DNA of 64,000 bases from Gordonia sp. (in: high G+C Gram-positive bacteria) (GTDB lineage Bacteria; Actinomycetota; Actinomycetes; Mycobacteriales; Mycobacteriaceae). The notes under the pieces are model-generated. The model was given only the letters and a program-made list of their open reading frames with translations, did no database searches and had not been told where the DNA came from. A program made the position numbers and the translations under genes. Positions 13,651 through 22,719 of the stretch are shown here, in pieces. The stretch is taken from positions 7,222 to 71,221 of the forward strand of contig NZ_JAGQTN010000061.1 in NCBI RefSeq assembly GCF_020438995.1. The letters run 5' to 3'. Position 1 is the first letter of the stretch; every line of letters starts with the position of its first letter.

Positions 13651-13878
13651 GTGCGACTCAACAGCAAAGGTCAGGTCACCATCCCCGCTGAGTTGCGGCA
13701 CCGATTCGGATTCGTCGAGGGCGATGAGGTCGACGTGATCGCCGACGGCGACACGTTGCGCATCGTGCATACCGTTCCCGCCGTCTCTCGCGGTGAGCGG
13801 ATGGTGGCCCGTATGCGCGGCCGCGCAACTACCGCATACACCACCGACGAACTCATGAAACTGCTTCGGGATGAGTGA
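13651..13878 (+). CDS. AbrB/MazE-fold antitoxin (VapB-like)
   Basis: MRLNSKGQVTIPAELRHRFGFVEGDEV; SD ggagg upstream. Confidence 0.9.
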   Translation: MRLNSKGQVTIPAELRHRFGFVEGDEVDVIADGDTLRIVHTVPAVSRGERMVARMRGRATTAYTTDELMKLLRDE

Positions 13879-14284
13879 ATCGACCCTCGTTGACTCGAAT
13901 GTCCTGCTCGACGTCTTCACCGATGATCCGGTGTGGTCGGGTTGGTCCGGGCAAGCGCTCGCCGAGGCTATGGACCGCGGCACGGTGATCATCAATCCGA
14001 TCGTCTACGCCGAAGTATCAGTGGGCTTCGATCGTATCGAAGACCTCGACGCCCTCCTGCCCACCGACTACTTCATCCGTGAGGCGCTCCCCTGGTCCGC
14101 AGGTTTCCTCGCCGGGAAAGCCTTTCTCGCATATCGGCGCCGGGGCGGCACCCGGCCGACACCACTACCCGACTTCTACATAGGCGCGCATGCCGGTGTG
14201 TCCGGCCATCGCCTCCTCACCCGCGACCTGGGCCGATACGCCACATCGTTTCCCCAGGTGGTGCTCGTCACCCCTGACACCTGA
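13871..14284 (+). CDS. PIN-domain toxin (VapC family)
   Basis: LVDSNVLLD, VYAE, PLPDFYIGAHA, LLTRD; 8-nt overlap with the antitoxin. Confidence 0.9.
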   Translation: MSESTLVDSNVLLDVFTDDPVWSGWSGQALAEAMDRGTVIINPIVYAEVSVGFDRIEDLDALLPTDYFIREALPWSAGFLAGKAFLAYRRRGGTRPTPLPDFYIGAHAGVSGHRLLTRDLGRYATSFPQVVLVTPDT

Positions 14285-14532
14285 CAACCGCGACAGCAAT
14301 GAGGCAAATACCGTACTCGCGCAATATGAGCCTATGAATCAATCACAACGTCATGATGATGTTTTGTAACTATCATCCAGCGGTCGATGGCCTGCCTGAT
14401 GGACGCGGCGGTGAGATGACGCTGCGGTGGCTAGCACGCTGTCAAAGACGATGTCGATCCTGGTGCTACTGGGTGTGTAGGCGAGCCGTCTAAGATACGG
14501 AGCGGAACTACGCAGCAGGTTTTGGGGGCGGA

Positions 14533-17500
14533 ATGCACACTGTCGATCCGGGATTGATCGACGCCGCCAAGCAGTCGGTGAACTTCGGTGTCCTCGCTCC
14601 GATTGAGCCCTTGTTGGCCATCTACGGTGCGGGTGCCGAGTCCGGTGTCTACACCGACCCGAACGGTGCGCTCATCAAGTGCCGGCAGTTCGGTGAGGTA
14701 CTCGCCGAGCAACTGATTCAACGCAGCGGCACCCGGTTCGACGGATCCAGACAGGTCGAGCGCATTACCACCCTCGAACGTGCCGGGGTTCTCACGTCCG
14801 GCGCCGCCGACGCCCTGCACAGCATCCGCAAGATCGGCAACGAGGCCACCCACAGTCACCTGTTCAACGTTCGTGCTGCTTTGGTGGCCCTCGAACAGTG
14901 CTGGGAACTCGGCAACCTGCTGTACCTTGCGCTGTCTCCGGCCGACCAGCGTCCACGGAGTTTCATCGCACCGCGGCCGCTCACTCAGCCGACAGTGGTC
15001 GGACGCGAGGATCAGCAACAGCTGGACGCGATCAACCGCCGGCTCGCCGAGTCGCATACGCAGCTGACCGAGACGTTGACCGTGCTCAATGCCACCAAAT
15101 CCGCGCAGGCCGCCGAGTCGGAAGCACGTCTGGCGGCCGAGAAGGCACTTGCGGATGCGCAGGCACGAGAAGCCGTGGTCGCCGCGAAACTGGCCGCACT
15201 GGAGAAGAAGCTCTCTGCCCTACAGAGTTCAGGCGCGCTCGCCACCCAGGACACGGCGAAGGTATCGGCAGCGGCGGGGAACTCGTTCTCGCAGGCTTTC
15301 CGGCGCCGTCCGCCACTCAACGAGGTGCAGGCACGCCGGGAGATCGATCGTCAACTCGTCGCGGCCGGCTGGGTTGTCCAGGACTATGGCGACCTCAATA
15401 CCGCTGCGGGCATCGGCGTCGCCGTACGCGAGTTCCGGCTCTCCACCGGCTTCGCCGACTACCTGCTGTATGTCGATGGCAAGATCGTCGGCGTCATCGA
15501 GGCCAAACGCGAGGGCACCGCACTGATCGGTGTGGAGCAGCAGACCGCGAAATACTCGGTGGGACTACGCAAGGAGGATCAGCTCGCCGCCTGGCGACGT
15601 GACGAACCGCTGCCGTTCCTGTACGAATCCACCGGTGCGGAAACCCGGTTCACCAACCGCCTCGACCCGAAACCGCGCTCACGCGATGTGTTCACCTTTG
15701 CCAAGCCGGAGACGGTGCGGTCCTGGATGCAGCAGGCGGACGAGCGGCCTGACGCGCCGACTTTCCGCGCCCGATTGCAGCACCTCCCCACACTCGACCC
15801 GAAGGGTTTGCGGCCCAACCAGATCCAGGCGGTCACCGGGATCGAGAAGTCGCTCAAGGACAATCGTCCCCGGGGTTTGGTCCAGATGGCCACCGGCGCG
15901 GGCAAGACCTTCACCGCGGTTACCGCGAGCTACCGGCTGATCAAACACGCAGGCGCAGCAAAGATCCTGTTCCTCGTCGACCGCAACAATCTGGGCGAGC
16001 AGGCACAGGCCGAGTTCGACAACTATGTGCCGATCGACGACGGCCGCCGTCTCGGCGAGATCTACAACGTGCAGCGCCTCGCCGGGCACACTGTCCTCGG
16101 GTCGACCAATGTCGCGATCTCCACCATCCAACGGCTGTACGGCCTGCTACAGGGCAAGGAGCTCCCCGACGCCGATGTCGATGACGACGCGGACGGCGAA
16201 ACGTTCGAACCGGAGTCACCGGTCGATGTGGTCTACAACGTGAACGTGCCACCGGAGACGTTCGATCTGGTCATCGTCGACGAATGTCACCGGTCCATCT
16301 ACGGCCGCTGGCGTGCGGTGCTCGACTATTTCGACGCACCGGTCATCGGGCTGACCGCGACCCCGACCAAACAGACGCTGGGCTTCTTCGACCAGAACCT
16401 CGTCAGCGAGTACACCTACGAGGAGTCGGTGATCGACGGGGTGAACGTGCCGTTCGACGTGTACCGGATCCGGACACAGATCACCGAACAGGGCGCGAGG
16501 ATCGAAGCGAAAACGGTGGTACCGGTCCGCGATCGCCGCACCCGCGCGCAGCGCTATGTCGAACTCGACGACGACTACGCCTACACCGGCAATGCGATCG
16601 GCCGGGACGTGATCAGCGAAGACCAGATCCGGCTGGTGCTCACCACGTTCCGGGACCGGCTCTACACCGAGGTCTTCCCGGGCAGGTCCGCGGTCCCCAA
16701 AACGCTGATCTTCGCCAAGACCGACGCACACGCCGACGTGATCGTCGAACAGGTGCGGGAGGTGTTCAACGAGAGCGCCGAGTTCGCCGCCAAGATCACC
16801 TACAAGTCGAAAGCCGAGGGCAAGGACCCCAAGCACCTACTGCAGAACTTCCGCAACAGCCCGTCGCTGCGGGTGGCGGTGACCGTCGACATGATCGCCA
16901 CCGGCACCGATGTGCGCGCCATCGAGTGCGTCTTCTTTCTGCGATCGGTGCAGTCGGCAGTGTATTTCGAGCAGATGAAGGGCCGCGGCTCCCGCATCAT
17001 CGGCACCGACGACTACGCCGCGCTGACCCCGGATGTGGCCAAGGGCGTCACGAAGGACCGCTTCGTCATCGTCGACGCGGTCGGCGTCACCGAATCACCA
17101 CTGGTGGATGCGACGCCGATGGAACGTGAACCCGGCGTGTCACTGGAGAAGCTGCTGAACAAGGCCGCGAATCTGACGATCACACCCGACGAGGCATCGA
17201 GCCTGGCGATGCGGCTGGCGAAGCTGGCCACTCAGATGGACGCCGCCGAAGCCGCCGAACTGGCCGAGATCGCCGGCGGAGTCGAACTACGCGAGATCGC
17301 CAAACAGGTCGCCGACGCCAGCGACACCGACGCCGTGCTGGCTGCCGAGAAACGCGGCGGAAAAGACGAGGTGGCAGCACAAATCCATGGTGGTGTGGCC
17401 CCGCTGTCGAGCAATCCGGAACTGCGGCAGGCGATCCTGGACCTGCGCCGCAAGAAGGATCTGATCTTCGACCAGGTCAACGCCGACACCCTCATCAGCA

Positions 17501-18096
17501 CCGACCGCATCCCCTACGGCGAGGGAGCCCACGAACCGGTCCGCTCGTTCCGCGAGTACCTTGCCGAACACCGCGACGAGATCGCCGTGCTGCAAATCCT
17601 GCACGGCAGCGCGCCGGGACGCCCCACCTACGCCGAACTCAAAGCCCTCGCCGAGCGGGTAGCGAGGGTTCCCGCGATCGGCAGCATCGAAACCTTGTGG
17701 CGTGCCTACGCCGACCTCGGTGAACTGGCAGATCCCGGGCACAAGGTCGACGTACCCGACCTGGTCACCATCCTGCGCCACGAACTCGCCAAAGACTCCG
17801 GTGCAGGAACGGAGTCGAAGATTCAGCCGTTCGCCTCCACAGTCGAGGAGAAACTCGCGCACTGGCTGTCCGACCAGCACCGTCACGGAGTCGACTACAC
17901 CGACAGGCAACGCCGCTGGCTCGACATCATCAGCGACGTCGTCAAAACCAACATGGCCGTGGAGATCACCGACCTCGACCACATCCCGTTCAGCGACCTC
18001 GGCGGCAGCCAACGCTTCGCCACCGACTTCAACATCACCACCCGAGAGGAAGCACTACAGTTGCTCGACGAGTTGAACACGGAACTGATCGCGTGA
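14533..18096 (+). CDS. hsdR: Type I restriction enzyme R subunit (DUF4145-like N-terminus, EcoEI_R_C-like C-terminus)
   Basis: Nuclease ADYLL...IEAK, Walker A MATGAGKT, DECH box, TATP, VTVDMIATGTD, QMKGRGSR. Confidence 0.95.
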   Translation: MHTVDPGLIDAAKQSVNFGVLAPIEPLLAIYGAGAESGVYTDPNGALIKCRQFGEVLAEQLIQRSGTRFDGSRQVERITTLERAGVLTSGAADALHSIRKIGNEATHSHLFNVRAALVALEQCWELGNLLYLALSPADQRPRSFIAPRPLTQPTVVGREDQQQLDAINRRLAESHTQLTETLTVLNATKSAQAAESEARLAAEKALADAQAREAVVAAKLAALEKKLSALQSSGALATQDTAKVSAAAGNSFSQAFRRRPPLNEVQARREIDRQLVAAGWVVQDYGDLNTAAGIGVAVREFRLSTGFADYLLYVDGKIVGVIEAKREGTALIGVEQQTAKYSVGLRKEDQLAAWRRDEPLPFLYESTGAETRFTNRLDPKPRSRDVFTFAKPETVRSWMQQADERPDAPTFRARLQHLPTLDPKGLRPNQIQAVTGIEKSLKDNRPRGLVQMATGAGKTFTAVTASYRLIKHAGAAKILFLVDRNNLGEQAQAEFDNYVPIDDGRRLGEIYNVQRLAGHTVLGSTNVAISTIQRLYGLLQGKELPDADVDDDADGETFEPESPVDVVYNVNVPPETFDLVIVDECHRSIYGRWRAVLDYFDAPVIGLTATPTKQTLGFFDQNLVSEYTYEESVIDGVNVPFDVYRIRTQITEQGARIEAKTVVPVRDRRTRAQRYVELDDDYAYTGNAIGRDVISEDQIRLVLTTFRDRLYTEVFPGRSAVPKTLIFAKTDAHADVIVEQVREVFNESAEFAAKITYKSKAEGKDPKHLLQNFRNSPSLRVAVTVDMIATGTDVRAIECVFFLRSVQSAVYFEQMKGRGSRIIGTDDYAALTPDVAKGVTKDRFVIVDAVGVTESPLVDATPMEREPGVSLEKLLNKAANLTITPDEASSLAMRLAKLATQMDAAEAAELAEIAGGVELREIAKQVADASDTDAVLAAEKRGGKDEVAAQIHGGVAPLSSNPELRQAILDLRRKKDLIFDQVNADTLISTDRIPYGEGAHEPVRSFREYLAEHRDEIAVLQILHGSAPGRPTYAELKALAERVARVPAIGSIETLWRAYADLGELADPGHKVDVPDLVTILRHELAKDSGAGTESKIQPFASTVEEKLAHWLSDQHRHGVDYTDRQRRWLDIISDVVKTNMAVEITDLDHIPFSDLGGSQRFATDFNITTREEALQLLDELNTELIA

Positions 18097-19514
18097 TGGA
18101 GCAGGAGCTGCCGCAGGGGTGGGCGTGGACGACTCTGGGGGACGTAGCAGACATCGGTTCAGGAGCGACTCCAAAGACCAAAGTAGCCGAGTACTGGGGT
18201 GATGAAGTCGCGTGGGTGACTCCGGACGACCTTTCTCGCAACAAGGCGACTAAGTTTATCGGGTCGGGTCGTCGTAGCCTATCAACGCTTGGCTATGAAT
18301 CCTGCTCAGCACGAACATTTCCATCGGGTTCTGTTGTTTTCAGCTCACGTGCCCCAATTGGGCACATCGCAATCACATCAGGGCCGGTAGCGACCAACCA
18401 AGGTTGTAAGACCGCAGTCCCACGGCCATTGATCGACAGCAGGTTCTTGTATTGGCTACTGAAGTACGTCACGCCCGAGATCGAGAGTCGCGCAAGCGGG
18501 TCGACGTTCAAAGAAATCTCGGCGAGCGGGTTCGCTGCGACTCAGATTCCCCTCCCCCCACTCCCTGAGCAACACCGCATCGTCGAGGCCCTTGAAGACC
18601 ACCTCTCCCGACTGGATGCTGCGGAACTGACTCTTGTATCGGCAGCTCGTCGTGCGGAATTGTTGATATCGAGACTCGTGGATCATACGGTCCTCGGCGT
18701 TGCCACGAGCACTCCCATCAGTGGTGCGCCAGCCTCTGATCTGAAGGGCAAACACAACCGCTTCGACTACCAGGGACTTCCTTCGCTTCCCCAGGGTTGG
18801 TCATGGAAACTCGCTGCCGACCTGTGTAAATCTATCAACTCTGGCTCGACACCCAAATCTGAGTTCATGCAGCAAGGCCAGGGTGAGATACCCTTCCTTA
18901 AAGTATACAACATCGACCCTGCGGGCAGGGTTGACTTCACGAAGAATCCAACCTTTGTATCGCGTGACACCCACTACGGGCAACTGAAACGGTCGATTGC
19001 GTTACCGGGAGATGTTGTTACCAATATTGTCGGACCACCACTCGGTAAGAGTGCCGTAGTGCCGGATAGTTACCCGGAATGGAACACAAATCAGGCGATT
19101 GTCTCCTTCCGTGCCGGTGATTCGATTCACCCATCCTGGCTTGCATTGTGCTTGCGTTCACCATTTATTATTCGTCTCCTAAAGAGCACCGCCAAGGCAA
19201 CGGCAGGACAATTTAATATTGCATTGTCGACGTGCAGAGAATTGTCGCTGCCGGTGCCTCCACTAAGGACTCAGGAAGTACTGTTGGAAGAACTTGACGC
19301 TGCAATACTTGCGCTCGAACACGCAAATATCGCCCAGCGAACGTCGCGGTCGAGATCCACGACTCTCCGCAGCGCGCTCCTACGCTCGGCGTTCAATGGC
19401 CGGCTCGTCGACCAAGACCCAACTGATGAACCTGCGGGTGTCGCTCTCGAACGGACCCGCAACCATCAGCCCGCCGCCCCGCCCCGGCGCCGGCGGAAGG
19501 CAGCTGCGAAATGA
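18093..19514 (+). CDS. hsdS: Type I R-M specificity subunit, two TRDs
   Basis: LPQGWAWTTLGDV start; two conserved spacers (LPPLPEQHRIV, VPPLRTQ...LLRSAFNGRLV); visibly lower GC; 4-nt overlap with hsdR. Confidence 0.93.
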   Translation: MMEQELPQGWAWTTLGDVADIGSGATPKTKVAEYWGDEVAWVTPDDLSRNKATKFIGSGRRSLSTLGYESCSARTFPSGSVVFSSRAPIGHIAITSGPVATNQGCKTAVPRPLIDSRFLYWLLKYVTPEIESRASGSTFKEISASGFAATQIPLPPLPEQHRIVEALEDHLSRLDAAELTLVSAARRAELLISRLVDHTVLGVATSTPISGAPASDLKGKHNRFDYQGLPSLPQGWSWKLAADLCKSINSGSTPKSEFMQQGQGEIPFLKVYNIDPAGRVDFTKNPTFVSRDTHYGQLKRSIALPGDVVTNIVGPPLGKSAVVPDSYPEWNTNQAIVSFRAGDSIHPSWLALCLRSPFIIRLLKSTAKATAGQFNIALSTCRELSLPVPPLRTQEVLLEELDAAILALEHANIAQRTSRSRSTTLRSALLRSAFNGRLVDQDPTDEPAGVALERTRNHQPAAPPRRRRKAAAK

Positions 19515-19543
19515 GTCGACACTACCGGACCGCCAGGTGATCG

Positions 19544-20452
19544 ATGTCCTACGAATGGCACGTCGAAGCAGTAGACGCCTGGACAGTGGCAACGACCACC
19601 GACGAACCTCAAACGGCAGACGAGCCGCTGGGAACGAAAGCGAAATTCTGGGTTGTCGACCCCGACGGTCGTCGCTGCTTGTTCAAGTATGCGCGGGCGC
19701 CGCAAGGCCGGACAATGGGTGAGGATTGGGTCGAGTGGGCGGTCCATCATTTGGCGACCATGCTGTCAATTCCCTCCGCGACGGCCATCCCGGCAACCCA
19801 CGAGGGGCAGCGAGGAGTCCTGTCGCGTTCCGTACTCACTGCGGATGATCGCCTCGTTCACGGTAACGAACTGCTCACGCTCACAGACCCGGAGTACGAC
19901 GCGACCGCCGAACGCGAGTACCACCGCTACACGATCGATGCGGTGCGCAGAGCGCTCGATGGAATTGCCGCACCCACGTCGTGCGGGGCACCGATCACAA
20001 CCGCCTTCGATGCCTGGGCCGGTTACCTAATGCTCGACGCGTGGGTCGCTGGACGTGATCGTCATCATGAGAACTGGGCAGTCATTGAGCGAGCCGGGGA
20101 ACTGAGCCTCGCGCCATCGTTTGACCATGGGAACGCACTCGGCTTCCAAGTAGCAGAAGCGGAGGCTCGAAACCTCTCACTCGACGGCAACCGCCTGGTC
20201 AAGTGGGCGCGGCGTGGTCGTAGCCATCACTTCAACGGCAGACCTGGGCTTGTGGATCTCGCTACAACGGCGCTGGGCCTGGCTGACCGTGAAGCGCGCG
20301 ATTTCTGGATTGCCAAGCTCGCAGCGGTCACGGACGATGAGGTGGCAAGTCTACTGGCGAGTGTGCCCGCCGACTATTTGTCAGACCCGGCGCGTAAGTT
20401 CGCAGTGAAGCTTCTCCATCTCAACAAGGAAAGGATCCTCGACGGTGACTAG
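19544..20452 (+). CDS. HipA-like (HipT/CtkA-type) protein kinase
   Basis: EPLGTKAKFW loop, LFK lysine, GEDWVE, catalytic LDAWVAGRDRHHENW, Mg-binding LAPSFDHG; no N-terminal HipA subdomain. Confidence 0.85.
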   Translation: MSYEWHVEAVDAWTVATTTDEPQTADEPLGTKAKFWVVDPDGRRCLFKYARAPQGRTMGEDWVEWAVHHLATMLSIPSATAIPATHEGQRGVLSRSVLTADDRLVHGNELLTLTDPEYDATAEREYHRYTIDAVRRALDGIAAPTSCGAPITTAFDAWAGYLMLDAWVAGRDRHHENWAVIERAGELSLAPSFDHGNALGFQVAEAEARNLSLDGNRLVKWARRGRSHHFNGRPGLVDLATTALGLADREARDFWIAKLAAVTDDEVASLLASVPADYLSDPARKFAVKLLHLNKERILDGD

Positions 20453-21191
20453 CGCTTCCTGCAGGGTGGCTACCGTCGCCGATGTCAGCGTGGCCAGGCG
20501 TCTCTTCCTGATCTGGCAGAACCCCGGATCACGGCAGTTCGTGCGGGTGGGCACCCTGTTCGAGCTCGTTGACGGCCGGTATGCGTTTGAATACACCGCC
20601 AGCGCCCGAGCCACCGATGACTTCTACCCACTGACCCAGTTCCCCGACATGGAACGCACCTACGTGTCAACCGGCTTGCCGGCGTTCTTCGTCAACCGGC
20701 TCATGTCGCGCAAGCGTGAGTCGTTCACCAGCTACCTGCACGCGCTCGGCATCGACTCGGACGCCGTCGACACTCCGATGGAGTTGCTGGCCCGGACCGG
20801 CGGCCCCAGGGCAACTGACACCTTCCATCTCGTCGATGACCTGATGGCCGATGCGGATGGTGTCGTCGTCAGCAGATTCCTGGCTTCAGGCGTTCGCTAC
20901 CTTGACGCCGATGGCACCCACCTTGCACGTGTTCGGGACGGCGACCGCCTGCGGCTGCGACCAGAACCCGACAATCCCAAGAACGGGCGAGCCCAACTCG
21001 TGTGCGTCGCCAGTGGCGCCGCCGTGGGTTACGTTCCCGACTGGCTCCTCAACGACCTCGAAGACCTCCAAGCCAGAGTCGACGAACTGAGCGTCATCGC
21101 TGAACGCGTCACTGCAGACGCGCAACCGCACCTACGTTTGCTGTGTCGAATCGAGGCACGGGTCCGAGGTGGGAAACAACACTCGAACTGA
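20445..21191 (+). CDS. HipS-like N-terminal domain + HIRAN domain protein
   Basis: N-half IWQNP...VGTL...YAFEY...QFPD...LPAFFVNRL; C-half GDRLRLRPEPDNPKNGRA...VGYVP (HIRAN pattern); 8-nt overlap with the kinase. Confidence 0.8.
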   Translation: MTSASCRVATVADVSVARRLFLIWQNPGSRQFVRVGTLFELVDGRYAFEYTASARATDDFYPLTQFPDMERTYVSTGLPAFFVNRLMSRKRESFTSYLHALGIDSDAVDTPMELLARTGGPRATDTFHLVDDLMADADGVVVSRFLASGVRYLDADGTHLARVRDGDRLRLRPEPDNPKNGRAQLVCVASGAAVGYVPDWLLNDLEDLQARVDELSVIAERVTADAQPHLRLLCRIEARVRGGKQHSN

Positions 21192-21222
21192 TTTGTCAGT
21201 ACTGGACCGTATGGTTGTTCCC

Positions 21223-22227
21223 ATGACCAGTGGGGGTTCGGGTGAATCGGCACATCAGCCGCATGACGGGTTGTTCCGGCGGGTGTTCGGCGACCCCAAA
21301 CACGCCGGATCAGAACTGCGTTCGGTGTTGTCGGCGGAAGTGGCCGCACACATCGACCTCGAACACCTCGAGCCGGTCGCAGCATCGTTCGTCGACGACT
21401 ACCTGAGCCAGGTGCACAGCGATCTACTGTTTCGCACCACCTTCGACGGCGACGACGCCTACCTGTACTTTCTCATCGAGCACCAGAGCAGCCCCGACGA
21501 CCTGATGGCCTTCCGGATGCTGCGCTACCAAGTCCGCATCTGGGAACGCCACCTCAAGACCGAACCCACGACTTCGGGCAAGACCGGCCTACCAATGATC
21601 GTGCCGGTAGTGCTCTACCAAGGCCATCGGCGCTGGACCGCCCCCACCGACATCGCCGACATCATCAAGGTCAGCGACCACGCCGCCACCGCGTTCGCCG
21701 ACCTTCTACCCCACGTGCGGTACATCCTTGACGACCTGACCGTCGTCGACGAGGCTGCTATGCGAGCGCGGCCACTGACCCCGGCGGCAAGAATCGCCGC
21801 GCTCCTGCTGGGACCGGCATCCAAAGACGCCGACGTCACGACGACGTTGCGTGCCTCACTCGATGACTGGCAGACCGTCGCCGACACGGAGCCAGCCCTG
21901 CTCGTCGTGTTCTTCACGTATCTTCTAATAGTCGGCGAAACACAGGCCGACGACATCACGCACTTCGCTGCGCAACTGGGCCAAGAAGCTAAGGAGGCCG
22001 CCGTGACCACAGCACAACGACTCCGCCAAGAAGGCATCGAGCAGGGCATCAGTCAAGGCATCAGTCTGGGACAGTCACAGCTACTGGTGGCCATGCTCGA
22101 AGCCAGATTCGGCGAACTCGACAACGACACCCGTCTCCGAATCGAACACGCCACGGCCAGCCAGATCGCAGACTGGAGCACCCGCTTCGCGCGTGGAGCA
22201 AACTCGATCAGCGCCGTCGTCGACTGA
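21223..22227 (+). CDS. Rpn/YhgA-like PD-(D/E)XK nuclease
   Basis: HDGLFRRVF, HSDLLF, FLIEHQS, MAFRMLRY, IVPVVLYQG; C-terminus AQRLRQEGIEQG...LEARFG. Confidence 0.9.
   Translation: MTSGGSGESAHQPHDGLFRRVFGDPKHAGSELRSVLSAEVAAHIDLEHLEPVAASFVDDYLSQVHSDLLFRTTFDGDDAYLYFLIEHQSSPDDLMAFRMLRYQVRIWERHLKTEPTTSGKTGLPMIVPVVLYQGHRRWTAPTDIADIIKVSDHAATAFADLLPHVRYILDDLTVVDEAAMRARPLTPAARIAALLLGPASKDADVTTTLRASLDDWQTVADTEPALLVVFFTYLLIVGETQADDITHFAAQLGQEAKEAAVTTAQRLRQEGIEQGISQGISLGQSQLLVAMLEARFGELDNDTRLRIEHATASQIADWSTRFARGANSISAVVD
22003..22227 (+). CDS. putative intragenic small antitoxin (RpnS-like), 74 aa
   Basis: SD aaggagg at 21991-21997, 5 nt before an in-frame GTG at 22003; product begins (M)TTAQRLRQEG. 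Confidence 0.65.
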   Translation: MTTAQRLRQEGIEQGISQGISLGQSQLLVAMLEARFGELDNDTRLRIEHATASQIADWSTRFARGANSISAVVD

Positions 22228-22270
22228 CATCTGCTGAGCCGTCCTGTCCCCGCCCCTGTCGGCATCGGCG

Positions 22271-22654
22271 CTCGGACTGATTTGTCAGTACTGGCACGTA
22301 TGGTTACTCGTGATCAGCGGAGGTTCGGGTGAGCGGGCGTATCAGCCGCATGACAGGTTGTTCCGGCGGGTGTTCGGCGACCCCAAACACGCCGGATCAG
22401 AACTGCGGTCGGTGTTGTCGGCGGAAGTCGCCGCGCACATCGACCTCGATCATCTCGAGCCGGTCGCGGTGTCGTTCGTCGATGACAACCTGCGCCAGGT
22501 GCACAGCGATCTGCTGTTCCGCACCACCTTCGACGGCGACGACGCCTACCTGTACTTTCTCGTAGAACATCAGAGCAGCCCCGACGACCTGATGGCGTTT
22601 GCGGATGCTTCGCTACCAAGTCCGGATCTGGGACCGCCATCAGGTCGTCGATGA
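22271..22654 (+). pseudogene. truncated, frameshifted second rpn copy including its upstream region
   Basis: 22271-22641 aligns with 21182-21553; extra G at 22601 shifts the frame; homology ends at ...IWDRH. Confidence 0.85.
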
Positions 22655-22719
22655 CCGCAGAAATGTCCCGTGGGAAACCGGTGGACATCGAGCGGGTGGC
22701 CTGCGGCTACCCTCGACAC

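Noticed and set aside
14290-14400. AT-rich patch with gatgat-N11-atcatc
   Set aside because: The arms are only 6 bp; probably part of the hsdR promoter region, with no support for a specific site.
18093-19514. Phase-variable hsdS shufflon
   Set aside because: Only one hsdS is present, with no silent TRD cassettes, invertase or flanking inverted repeats seen.
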